Shown: positions 39,643 to 53,233 of the stretch, one piece after another
Layout of the letters: each line of letters starts with the position of its first letter
How positions within the stretch are numbered: position 1 is the stretch's first letter
Assembly (NCBI GenBank): GCA_039545335.1
Contig: BCIN01000002.1
Location: 1,687,118-1,751,117 of the forward strand
Reading direction: 5' to 3'
DNA length: 64,000 nucleotides
Source of the DNA: Kondoa subrosea
Lineage: Eukaryota
Notes under the pieces: model-generated
Told to the model about the DNA's origin: nothing
The model's input: the letters and a program-made list of their open reading frames with translations, nothing else
Databases searched by the model: none
Made by a program: the position numbers and the translations under genes

Positions 39643-40472
39643 TGATGCTTAGCTGATAGATCTAAAACCGTCTGAGGGTTTCCGCAAGCCAACGAGGCAG
39701 GTACCGAGAGCAAGCCAGATGTCGTTTGGAAGAACTTCGAGAAACTTGGCAAAGGACAAGTCACAAGGTTGGATCTGGGACAAGCGGGATAAGCTTCTAC
39801 TGAGCTTGCTATCAGAGCGCAGTACAAAGGGATTTAATCGCTTATTGCAAATACCCAGCTATGTTATTAAGAGTGTTCCTTCTTTTCTATCGATGAGAGG
39901 TTTACTTCTGGCCGAATTACTAATGTTAAATAATGGCTCTAACATGGTATTAGAGCCACAACTCTCGAAATCGACGAGAAGCGAAAAAAAGCATCGACGA
40001 GAGCAAATAAACGAAGGTTCACCGCGAACATGGAGAGAAATCAAGACTCTCAAAAAGGCAGCCAACCGGTTACTCGACAGCTGCTGAAGCCAGCGAGGCC
40101 TTCGAAACGAGCCAAAAGCCTAGAGACGTCACTCAAGGGAATCTGAAGGCAGACCCAAATTGAAGCAGATTTCTTGGGTCTTGTGTCATAAGGTGAGTCC
40201 ACGAGAGCCAGTCAGATCAGAGCTCAGAACAGACCACACACAGATATACGAGCTGAGAACGAATGACCAAAGATGCACAGAACGGCAGAAAAGAAGGAAA
40301 CCACTACAGCAGTCAGCTTTTGATCAAGATCTTGACGAGCATTGCGAAGTCGATTACAAAGCTGGAATTGCAAAGTGCACCACATGCCGCTTGACCGGAA
40401 GACTTGGCCCTAAACGCTTGCCTGAAAGTACCACTTGACCAACATTCTAGCTCACTCCCAACTTGCTACTCT

Positions 40473-41050
40473 CTAAGCGCTCTTGGCAGCCTTGCCTAGT
40501 GCCCTTCTCCTCTGCTTCTTCAAGAGAGCAACAGAGAATCGATCGAAATCAGTTGCGCTTCTTCTCTTTTTCTGGAGTTCAATCTTTTTTGACCAAGAAG
40601 AGTTTTCCCACTTGCTTGTAACATCTGATGCTTCCCAAACCTTCTTGACTACTGGTGAACGGGCGCCTCGAGTAAGTTTAGCGAGGACATAAGGAGTGAG
40701 GACGGTGTTGCGGTAGAAGACTGCTTGTCTGGGAACGCCAGTGCTTGGTCCATCAATGAGAGCCTAAACCATCCCCTTTTAGCCTTGACTGCATTCTTTT
40801 CCGCATGTTGTTATACTTACTCGGTTGTGGTCAATGATTTCTACAATTGCAGCCAATTTGCCTTCATTGGGACCGCTGGTGAGACGGACCACACGTCCAA
40901 CTTGGACGAAGCGTTCTAGCAATCACTCAATCAGCTTAATGCTCCTCTTTAGGCGTGGTATCAAAGATTTACTGAAAGTGCCGGATTCGACTTGCTGGAA
41001 TTCAAATCAGTCTAGGGTAATTCGCTCAGGTAGACACTGACTGCAGGCAT
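40473..41050 (-). CDS. RPL14: 60S ribosomal protein eL14 (absent from the ORF track)
   Basis: Four exons: [55 protein letters not shown]...TDFDRF. Confidence 0.95.
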
Positions 41051-41201
41051 GATAGAAGGAAACAAGCGACTCAAAGAAGAGGGTGGAAGAGCCTTGACAG
41101 AATTTCAGCAAATACAAGAAAACTTTTCAACAACACTTATTATGTCCAACCGTCTCGAGGCTCGAGAGGAAGACAGGTCTCTCAGAGCTCAGTAGATCAG
41201 T

Positions 41202-43010
41202 ATGACAGAGGCCTCTCCTTTGCGCATCGCGTTCGTCTCTTTGCCAATTGTTTCTGTCTTTTCCCTTATTTTGTGTGTTCACCTCCAGAATGGTTTGCGA
41301 CTTCTTCTTTCCCAAAGTAGGAGGAGTGGAGAGTCATATCTATCTCCTCGCACAAACTCTTCTGCAGAAGGGACACAAGGTAAGATATCTTCACTTCACA
41401 TGCCATCCTCGATGACTCTGGACTCAAGGTCGTCATCATCACGCACGCTCACCCTCCTAATCGGCAATCTATTCGCTATCTTTCGCAAGGACTCAAAGTC
41501 TATTATGTTCCTTTCCGTGTCATTCCTCCTGCATCTATGCATGCAACTCTACCACAACTCTTCCTCGCTCTCCCTCTTCTGCGGCAAATCTTTATTAGAG
41601 AGCGCATTCAGATCTTGCATACACATGTAGCTTTGAGTGCACTGGGCATGGAGGCCATCTTGCATGCTCGAACCATGGGGTTGAAAGCAGTTTTCACCGA
41701 TCATTCTTTGCTAGGCTTGGGTGGTTTTGGCGAGATGTGGGGCAACAAGATGCTCAAGGGCTGTTTGAGTGATATCGAAGCTGTCATTTGCGTCAGCCAT
41801 ACAGGGTAAGCTTACCATTTCGGTCATAATCAGCACAATTCTAATGTAAGGTATCAGGAAAGAAAACACTACACTCCGAGCAGCGCTCAATCCTGAGATC
41901 GTACACGTTCTTCCGTCGGCAGTAGTAGCAACAGAATTCAGTCCGGTTCCGTCTAATTTCGACAACCCTTCGCAAAGTGAGCTTGCCCATTAGTCGACAA
42001 CGAGGTCCCGACTTGATTGGATACGATAGTTGTGATCGTCTGTATGAGCAGGTTGGTCTATCGCAAAGGCATCGATCTGCTCATCGGCGCAATCCCACAC
42101 ATTTGTTCTGCATTCCCTAATGTACACTTCCTCATCGGTCAACTTGTTTGTATATTCTTCATTTGCCATAACTGACTCTTTGGCAGGAGGAGACGGACCC
42201 AAAATGATTGAACTGGAACAAATGCGAGAGCGGCATCAAACTTTGCTTGCTGGTCGTGTAGAGCTTCTCGGGTCAGTTCGACACGGCGAAGTGAAAGACG
42301 TGAGATATCGTGCCATTTCGTTCGACCAACCCTCATGACTTGCATAGGTACTGAAGAAAGGACATATTTTCTTGAACACCGCTTTGACAGAAGCCTTCGG
42401 CATAGGGCTGCTCGAAGCGGCTTGTTGTGGACTATTTGTTGTCAGTACAAGAGTCGGTGGAGTTCCAGAGGTATTGCCAGACGACTTGATAGAACTGGCC
42501 GAGCCTGATGTAGAGGGTAAGCTCTTCATATTACATTGTATTACTCAGCTGATTGATTCACAGACGTCGTTCGAGCTATCACTGTGGCTGTGCATCACAT
42601 AGCAGCCGGAAAGCACGATCCCGCGAGCACGCATGAACGAGTCAAAGAAATGTATACTTGGGAAGATGTCGCTCAGCGGACAGAGGTCATTTACCGCAAA
42701 GCATTACTGGCACCTCAAGCGGATATCATCGAGCGATGGAGCAGGTTTGTCGAAGATGTGTGCTGCTGTCCGGCGTACTGAACTCATCTAGATATTATGG
42801 ATGTGGGCTGGTCTTTGGTAAGATTATGTGCATGGTCATAGCTGTCGATTTCCTCTTCCTCTGCGTACTTGAATATTTCTGGCCAGCGAAGGACATCGAT
42901 ATCGCTGCAGACTTTGATCAGGCTCGCTACAAGAAGGTGAGTCACACAGACATTACTGCTCGCCTGGCACAAGACAGAGCTTAATAAATGGTCAGATATG
43001 CGACGATTAA
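41202..43010 (+). CDS. GPI3: Phosphatidylinositol N-acetylglucosaminyltransferase subunit A (PIG-A/Spt14)
   Basis: [80 protein letters not shown]. Confidence 0.96.
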
Positions 43011-43345
43011 GGTCTAGACTAGTGGCTTCAACCTTGCTGCTCGCCTCATCAACTGCATAAAATCAAGTTAGGCCGAAGTTGGCGACATACAAAGCGTTCC
43101 GCAAAGCGTACTGCTGTGGACACTTCGCTGTAGACAGATACTGTCCAGTGGCGGCCAGTAACAAGGATACGCTTTTGGGCGCAAATGCTTGTCCGTTGTT
43201 TACCTTGGCACTGTACCAAGCGATCTGATGCGGAAAGTCAATGCAGTGGACGCTGAAAAGTTCTGGAAGCAAGAGGACGACATGCATTATTCTATCGAAC
43301 ACAACATATAAAGGGCTACAAGTGGCTCTTTTTGCTGCCATGCAG

Positions 43346-44728
<1,383 letters not shown>

Positions 44729-45247
44729 GTTCTGCTTGTTGGTACCAGAACAAGATAAGATGAAGATTAAAAAAAGACGAACCTGTGATGACATTCTTTT
44801 GTTTACCCCCGAAGCCATATTTAACCGAGCTTTGTCAGTTGAAACATTTTCATGTGCAGATGAGAAAAGATAATTTTGAGCAGGCTACTGAACGCCAGCA
44901 CTGTTTAGTAAGGAACGACAGCACAGAGCAATGCAGCAAAGGAGCAAAGAAGTCGCTTTCACAGCTGATTAAGGCACACGAAGGAGACGAGCTATCACTC
45001 GCCGTGGAATTGAGACCAGGGCAGGAGAAGCTGCTGTTTAAAAGCGTAGACAGGAAAGTGAAAGGATATCATGTATGATCAGGAAGAGGAATCAGTCGAA
45101 TGGAAGAAATCGAGATCGATAATGAGGCACAGCTTTCTTCTCCCATGTGTACAAATACATCTATACCTCCTGAATTGAAACAAAGATCAGAGATGCCAGC
45201 TAAGTTTCGACCAAAAAGTAGGCGAACGGACTACTTGCTTTCTTCTT

Positions 45248-45764
45248 CTAATGCCCGTGCGTTTCCTCATGAGCTCCACTATGATCGTGATGATCCCAAG
45301 CTGTAGCAGAGGCACTGTTGTGAGCACCAGAATGTACATAGCGCGAGGCAGTACTTACGATGTTGACCCTGTGTGAAAGGGAGAATCAGTGACTGAACTA
45401 GCCTGCAAATGGACCTGATCGTACCAATAGTATTCCTCCATCTTTCCTAGCCCTGCATGATGATTGATCAGAATTTGTTTTGTGTAAATCGCTACAATAT
45501 CACCAACCTATAAAAGATAAAGAACCACATTGAGGCTCCTAGTAGTTTTGCTGTCCAAATGTGTGCTACCATGATATCATCTGAGCTCTAATTCAATCCT
45601 GTATGCAGCGTTTGGAAGCCTACCGAACGAAGGCATCGCTGGGTTAAAGCTTCCTGGTGCTCGTGGTCCAGCATGAGCTTGGGCAGCCAGTCTATCGTGC
45701 AGCATTATAATTTGTTCACTTATTGAAAAGTGTGTTCAGCCTACCTTGCAAACGAAGGCCTCAT
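45248..45764 (-). CDS. NDUFB2: NADH:ubiquinone oxidoreductase subunit NDUFB2 (AGGG)-like (absent from the ORF track)
   Basis: Six short exons: MRPSFARLAAQAHAGPRAPGSFNPAMPSFAHIWTAKLLGASMWFFIFYRARKDGGILLGQHPWDHHDH. Confidence 0.85.
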
Positions 45765-45963
45765 GTTCCAAAGCAATGCGAATTCACTCGCTTTGTTTTT
45801 GCTGCCAATGATAATGCTCTTGTCAACCTCTGAAGCAGGTCCGCGATGTCTGCAGGAGCTCACTGGATATGAGAGGGAGTAGACAAACTGCGCACAAAGG
45901 CTGCTGCTAGACAAGAAGCACCTCTTCTTGCTTCAACCACCAATTTGGCCTAAAGCTGAGGCA

Positions 45964-47720
45964 ATGTCAGATATGGATGCTGCAGGACCTTCACGCAAGA
46001 GAGAAGGGACTCTAGATGACCTAGAATCCAACAAAAGGCTTCGAGTTGAAGACAGTCCAGCTGAAGCAAACACGCCAATGGATGAAGACGGAGACGAAGG
46101 AGGCCAGTCTGACGATGAGCTGCAGCAATTAACCAAAGATCCTGCAGCCAGGCAAGAACGAGCAGCTAAACAATACGCTCAAGCCAAAAACTACCTGATT
46201 GCTCAATCTCAGCCTATCATCATCCCTTCTTACGCTGCTTGGTTCGACATGGCAAGTCTCAATGCAATCGAAAGGAAATCTTTACCTGAATTCTTCAATT
46301 CGAGAAATCGAAGCAAGACACCTTCAGTTTATAAAGATTATCGCGACTTTATGATCAATACTTATCGCTTGAACCCTTCGGAATACCTCACTGTGACTGC
46401 GTGCCGAAGAAATTTAGCAGGAGATGTTTGTGCTGTCATGCGCGTTCATGCTTTCTTGGAGCAATGGGGTTTGATCAATTATCAGGTGACTATGCATCGT
46501 CGCTATCCTTCGCAATGTATTGCTAATATCACAACCACCAGATCGATATCGACACTCGCCCTTCAGCTTTGGGTCCACCTTACACTGGTCACTTTCGAGT
46601 ACTTCTTGATTCGCCTCGCGGGCTTCAACCTCTTCATCCTGGTCGCAAACCTTCCAGCAATACTCCAGCCTTGACCAACGGTGATGCCAAGAATATCACT
46701 TCTTCTTCTTCAGCTACTACAACCACCCTAAGTAGAAACATTTATCACACTACACCTCAACCTCTTTCAACTCAAGCAGCTCAAGATCTCCTCCAAACCA
46801 TTTCTACCGAATCTGCAGCCTCTTCCAACCCAATCACTTACTACTGCGATACTTGTGGATCAGATTGTTCAGCAACTCGCTATCATTCATTGAAACAAAA
46901 AGAATTTGAACTCTGTCCCCCTTGTTACAACGAAGGTCGATTTCCCTCAACCATGTTTTCTGGTGATTTCTTGCGCATTACAAAAAATCCTTCAGGTCCT
47001 CATTCTCATTTAAGTGGAGAAGAATGGAAAGAAGAAGAAAAATTGTTGCTGTTGGAAGGAATTGAAATGTTTGATTCGGATTGGGAGAAGATCGCTTTGC
47101 ATGTGGCTACAAGATCTAAAGAACAATGCATCAAAATGTTTTTGGAATTACCGATTGAAGATCCTTATTTATCCATGGTTGGTTCTGCTGATACCTTACC
47201 CGCATCAGGAGGAATGAGTCAAGCCGATAATCCAGTCATGAGCGTTGTTGCTTTCTTGAGTGGTTTAGTAGATCCTAAAGTCGCAAAAGAAGCAGCTCAA
47301 GGGATTAATGGAGCAGTCAAAACTGCAAATGCCGCAATCGGTTCAGCAACTAACAAAGCTGCAATCTTAGCATCAGCAGAAGATTCAAATTTGCACACTT
47401 TGGTCAGACAAGTGGTTGAAGCTCAAACAAAGAAATTGGAACTCAAAATGGCTCAATTCGATCAATTGGAAGCTTTGCTGGAAAGTGAAAGAAGACAAGT
47501 CGAAAGTTTGAAATTGCAACTCACTCAAGAAAGGTTGGATTTGGCAAATCAGAAAAGTCAATTGCAACAAGCAATCGCAAACCAGCAGGCTGGTAATATG
47601 CAAGTCGATATTCCTACTTTTGGGTCAATGGGTTCAATGGCTGCCGTACCTCAAGATGCTGCTTCTGCAGCTCAAATGTATCAACAGGCTATTGGCAATG
47701 GGAATTTCGGGTCGTTGTAA
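45964..47720 (+). CDS. SWI/SNF-RSC complex subunit Swi3/Rsc8/Ssr2 (SWIRM, ZZ, SANT domains)
   Basis: [10 protein letters not shown]...[62 protein letters not shown]...[18 protein letters not shown]. Confidence 0.96.
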
Positions 47721-47783
47721 TGAATAGGAAAGAGGCAATCATGAAGTATGCTATGTGTCGACAAAACTTCGCGCATTGTGTGT

Positions 47784-49470
47784 TTAGTATAGATACGTCC
47801 CGCGTGTCCAGTCCAAAGGCAGAGGCTTGTGTTGATGAGTAACTTTCTGCCGAATCAAGCCCTTGTCAAACAACCCTTTTAGCTGTTCACCGGCCATCGG
47901 CATGAAACTTGTCCCATACAGCTGGATTCCTTCAGATGTCAAGACTACCCGAGAGTAGTATATTCCGCCAATATAATCCAGATCTAGGGTCAAGGCTGAT
48001 GTTGTATCTTCCCGAATTTTGGACCAAGATGAGAATGCATCTTCGACGACGGGTGTCATGATGTTAGGACCATGACAAGGAGGGACAATCCCTGTATCAT
48101 CTGCCGAATCATCCAGGTAAATGAACGCAGATATGCGCATATGGCGAATTTGTGGAAAGAGGTGTGTTTGGAAAAAAGGTCGGAAGGCTTGGATCAGCTG
48201 CGAATTCATATGCACCACTTCATCCGCATCGGGATTCGTGCCGAGTACGAGCTCTTGCAGATGTGGCAGATCGCCTACACCTAAACTTTCGACAAATGTC
48301 GTAAAATACATGGCTGAGCGTGATAGGTTGATTTGAAGCCTTTGGCAGTTTGAAATACTCTTTGCGAGACGCGACCACATGCTTATATCGCCATTTTGGA
48401 GTTTCAAGTCCCGCAAAGTGAGGTATTTCAAGAGGGGTAGCGCGATTTGGTCACCGTTTGGCCATTGCGATAGATAGAAACCGTCTAGAAAGTGAACATG
48501 TATTTCTTCTAAAGTCGCTGCTGCCTGTGCCAGAAGAGACTTCAACATCCCTTCAAGAGCGACAAAATCTTGTTGTGTAAAACGGTTGGTCGTGCAGTTA
48601 AAGTGTTCTACAGGGCACCAGCTAAGATATTTCAATCCGAGATTTAGATGTTTCGTTGGTGATCCGGTGCTGCCAAGACCCGAATGAAGTTGCCGAACAG
48701 AAAAGTTGCAAGAGGGGCGGTTTCCAAAACTTGGTAGACACAATGGGGAATTGTCACGGCGCATGCCATTTGGTTAAAGATAGCGAAATGTTTGAGAGAA
48801 GACAAGAAGGGCAATCTTTTAACTTCGGATGTAGAAGGAAAAGGGAATTTGGTAGCCCATCGCTCATTTTCATCTTCCCGATCAATACTGTCCCCTGTAA
48901 TTTTCGCCTGGCAGGTGAGAGTGTGGATATTTGGGAAGAAGGCGAGCGTCGAAAGTACGGAAGACAAAGCAGCTTTGGCTCTGTAAAGAGAAACAGCGAA
49001 TTCGAGCTTGGCCGAATCCGCTTCCGCCATAGAGCCACCAAGGTGCAGGGTATCATCGACAGGTTCTTCTTCGTATATCGAGACATAGTCGACTGTCAGA
49101 TTCCATGACACTTTCTTCACCCAGGTTCCCAGTGTCGGGCGATCGCACAGCTGCTGCTGCACAGCTTCCGAGGTCAAATGCTTAGCACCCAGCTCGCTCC
49201 AGAGTAGCGGTAGTGCCAGCAAACGGAAACGCTCTACAAGCATATGTATGAGCATGGACGTTGCGTGATATCATAAGCCGCCTTACTAGAGACTAAGCAG
49301 AGATGACGCAAATCCTTAGATCTACCCCTATCTAGCCAGATTGACCTCTGCCCGTCCACTGAGTCCATTTTTCGCTGGATCTTTCCCAAATCCCCTCTGC
49401 CAAAATCCCGGTTCGAGACGCATTTAACAACATTAGCAATGAGTTCGTTGGGTAGGACTAGTATCGACAT
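47784..49470 (-). CDS. F-box-like/LRR-like hypothetical protein, with a probable internal frameshift near 48700
   Basis: MSILVLPNELIANVV...DLRHLCLVSKRFRLLALPLLW. Downstream LxxLxL repeats. Two overlapping ORFs lack a normal intron between them. Confidence 0.6.
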
Positions 49471-49713
49471 GGCTGTGATTAACACAACAGGCCAAAAAGT
49501 CTTCTGAAGTATGCTGGTACGCGAACAAGAGACGCGAATCGTCGTATTAAACACGCAAGCAGCAATAGTATCATGTATCACCTCACCTAGCGCAAGTGCA
49601 TTGTAATCGAGAACAGAATGCGACACGCGAACTTCGCGCTTCACTATCACTATGTGTGAAAAAGAGATCATCTCCAACTTCTTCGTGGCATATCAATTAG
49701 GATGGTCGAATTG

Positions 49714-51161
49714 TTATTGTTCCGACAATGCTTCTGCATGTCTAGAGATTCCTTCTCCTGTAACCAACTTTCGCAAGGCTTCAATTAAATCTCCCCTGGC
49801 CGACCCTTGAATGAATTTCCTCTCCTCTCCCTTGATAACAACTCGCATGTACTCTCGCGTCTCCAACTCGGTGCGAATGAAATGCATCTTTCTTGTTGGC
49901 AGCACATAGATTTCGGAAATAAGAGTAGGTCGAATTACAGCGATATGCAGGAGTATGAAATAAAGACTTTTTGCTGCTGCTACATTCATCTGGCTGTTTT
50001 TGAAGCCGAACAGTATCCTAACAGTACGTAATGAGGGAAATCGATCTTGTTCTGCAAGTAGTCGAAGAGCTTGGTTGAAGGCAAAAGAATGATATTGATG
50101 TTCCGTTGAGGAAATGACCAGATTCATATCAATTTCCAAAATTGAGAGCAAAGGTAAGCGAGTTAAGGAGCAGAAGATTGATATGAGCTCGGTCAAGACG
50201 ACTTCATCTCGAGGGTGTTGAAGAAGATTTACTTGCGTGACGGTAGGAAACAGACTCATTGAATAATCAATGAGCTTGGAGGGCTCTTCGTCGGCGACGA
50301 CGAGGCGAAGAAGATCGACCGTGCTAAGCAGCTTTTGCAATCTTGTATTGAGCTTGAATTCCGGCAGAGTGAAAAGCTCATCTGAGTCTAACCAGAGATC
50401 GAAAGAGCTCAAGGCTGCGCTACCCCTGAGCAAAATTTCACCAAGCTAATACTGTACTCACCTAGACCTGTAATACGCTTCAGATTCTCGGTGAAATTCA
50501 CCAATGACATATCCCCCAAAATTGGTGCCACCAAAGTCTGTCCCGTAGGCACGGAATTCTTTCCAGCACGCCGATACCTCCAACCTCCCATTTCATCTGA
50601 ATTCAAGACAAATTCCTGCAGTTGATCACATTGCTCAAGCCATCGAAACATACGCTGAAAGATTGGATCATAGAACCGAAAGAAGGAGCCTGTAGTCTTG
50701 ATTTCGACCCGTCGCAGAGATCGCAAGCACCGTAAGCCCAGCAGACCCCTTTGTAAATCTGTGAACAGCCAACTTGCAGCGCCAAGTGCTCCATCGTCAT
50801 TTGCGCTAAGCAGGTCGAGATATATTTGTGTGATGTTAGGGCACCATCTGAGCGCCTCCAGGTCTGCAATTGGAGAAAAGTCGTGTTCTGAAGCTTCCAT
50901 GTTGACATCTATGACATCTAGCTCGATCTTGACCACCTTGACTACTGCAGCAATGTTGTGCGTCTGCAATAAGTCGACTAGCTTGGAATTTCGTATGTTT
51001 CGAGAGACGAGAGTATGCAAGATGAAATCAGGTGAACACAGCGCATGGAAGCGTGTATTCACTCTGCTTAAGCTTAGAATATCTGGAGATGGATCTTGCT
51101 GTCTTAATGCATGTACTTGTTCCACAATAGGAATTAGAAGCTCCGTTGGAAGTTTGTACAT
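49714..51161 (-). CDS. F-box-like/LRR-like hypothetical protein
   Basis: MYKLPTELLIPIVEQV...ILSLSRVNTRFHALC; LRCLRSLRRVEI; FPSLRTVRI. One 47-nt intron. Confidence 0.65.
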
Positions 51162-51481
51162 TGTTTGTAGACCAATCTGGTGAGCCCAAAATTCGGGCAG
51201 CGCAATTATGAAAGTCTCAAAATGCAAATCGAGATGATGCTGGCCAGTACTGGTTATTGGTGCGGCGCTGAAGCCGACAATCGGTGGTACAACTTCAACC
51301 TCTTCAGGACCTTGTGTTTTTTCGATGATCTGCTCTGTCCCATACGAGCGTCAGCGTTTGTTCTGAGTTCCTCGTCCCACAATACAACACAACTCTTTCC
51401 TCAAGACAACGTAGCAAGTCGGATACCCTTTCGGCTGCTGGAATGCTAGCAAAGATACCGTACTTCATATAACCCTCGTTT

Positions 51482-53099
51482 ATGCAACCGATGGTGCTGG
51501 ATTCCATCAAACCGATCTCCTCCTTCGATCGCAATGACTTGCTAAGACTTTCGGCTGCCTTCCTTGGACTAGGCTTGATCAACAATACACCTTATGTGGT
51601 GATTCTTTCAGCTGCTCAAGATCTGGTCCCCTCAAATCTGCCTGTTGGACTGATTCTGTTCATCAACATCTTTCCAAGTCTTTGCGCCAAGTTGGGCTGG
51701 CCATATCTGGTTCGCGGTACAGTGCGATATGCGAGAAGAATCGTGTCGTGTACATGTATGACGCTTTGCGGGATGCTTCTGGTGGCCTTTTCGCCAGTCC
51801 TGTGGATGAGGCTGCTTGGAATCGCTATCGCTAGTTTCTCTTCGGGTCTTGGTGAAATGACTGCTCTTCAGTTGAGCACAACTCTCGACGAAGCCAGTGC
51901 GAGTCGAGCAGTTGGTTTCTTCGCCTCTGGAACTGGTGCAGCTGGTGTATGCTCTGAACCTCTCTAGTGATAGTAACGTTTATTCATGTCTTTGTTTCTT
52001 GAATGTCACAGCTGTTTGGATCCTTATTGTGGTGGATACTACGTGCATTAGGTGTCAAAGTAGGGCTTGCGGTCTGCTCTGCAAGTATCCATTTTCTGCC
52101 GTCTACCTACCGCTGACATACATTATAGATTGTTCCTCTTGGCTTTTCGCTAGCCTATTTCGTGGTTCTACCTCGCGCAGCCATTTCAGACAAGAGCACT
52201 CAGTCAGATTACGCTCCCGTAGCAGCGAGTGAAGAAGAAGAGCTGACTCTGACCACGGGAAAGCCCCTGACGTTGAAAACGAAATTGGAGTTAGCTAAGG
52301 CAAGTATACAACATCATTCGCAGCAATCTTTCGTGCATTTACGTCGATCTATTTGATAGCCCCTTGTCCTACCCTTCATGTTACCGCTTTTCTTCGTTTA
52401 CATGGCAGAATATACCATCAATCAAGGCGTTGCTCCTAATCTACTCTACCCCGTACCGCAAAAGGGCTCAATACTGAATCATGTGATCCAGCACTTGTCC
52501 GATTACTATCCACTGTGGCAGCTCATTTATCAAACATTCGTCTTTTTCTCTCGATCGGCAGGCGTGATTTTCGGAATTCCTCTACTACCTCGGAATCTAT
52601 TATTCGTCCCTACGTAAACCACTACTTCATCTCTGTGTATATTGCGGAGGCTGATAAGCGAATGGTTTAACAGATTAGTGCAAGTAATCCTGCTGATAGT
52701 AGTGTCGCTCGAAGCTTCCACCTTGGCTTTGTCGACAATCTTCGGTTCTGCAATCTTACCAGTTATCATGCTGCTCGTATCAATGGAAGGCATCTCAGGC
52801 GGTTTTTCATATCTATCAATGTTTTCCTTGGTGGGGACAGATGAAGAGGAGACAGAAACGGGATTGGATGTGGAACAGAGGAAGAAGAGAAGGGAGTTTA
52901 GAGTAGCTTGCGTTGGCTTTGCGGATACTAGTGGGATATTGGCAGCTAGGTCAGCCTTTATTCCCAAGGACCTGCCCGGCGCTTGACTCACAGAGGCTGG
53001 GCTTGTGACAGCTTGCTGAGTGTGTGGCTACAACCATTCATCTGCTCGCAACAGGTCGCTCGAGGGAAAGACCTGTGCGAACTGGTCAAAAGGTCATAA
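51482..53099 (+). CDS. BTN1: Battenin / CLN3 family vacuolar membrane protein
   Basis: GLINNTPYVVILSAAQDLV; SFSSGLGEMT; FASGTGAAG; VYMAEYTINQGVAP; YQTFVFFSRS. Confidence 0.95.
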
Positions 53100-53233
53100 A
53101 CTTCGAGACTGATGGGAGCGGTCTACAATTCATCGTTAAAGATGTAAGAGTTGGGTGTGTAGAAATGCAATGGGTGTACTATATAGTCTAGACGGTATTC
53201 CTTCTATCTCTGGCATCTACTTGGACATTAATT

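Noticed and set aside
39719..40438. + strand ORFs between CMK1 and RPL14
   Set aside because: No recognisable motif. Probably the CMK1 upstream region or RPL14 3' region, though a small gene is not excluded.
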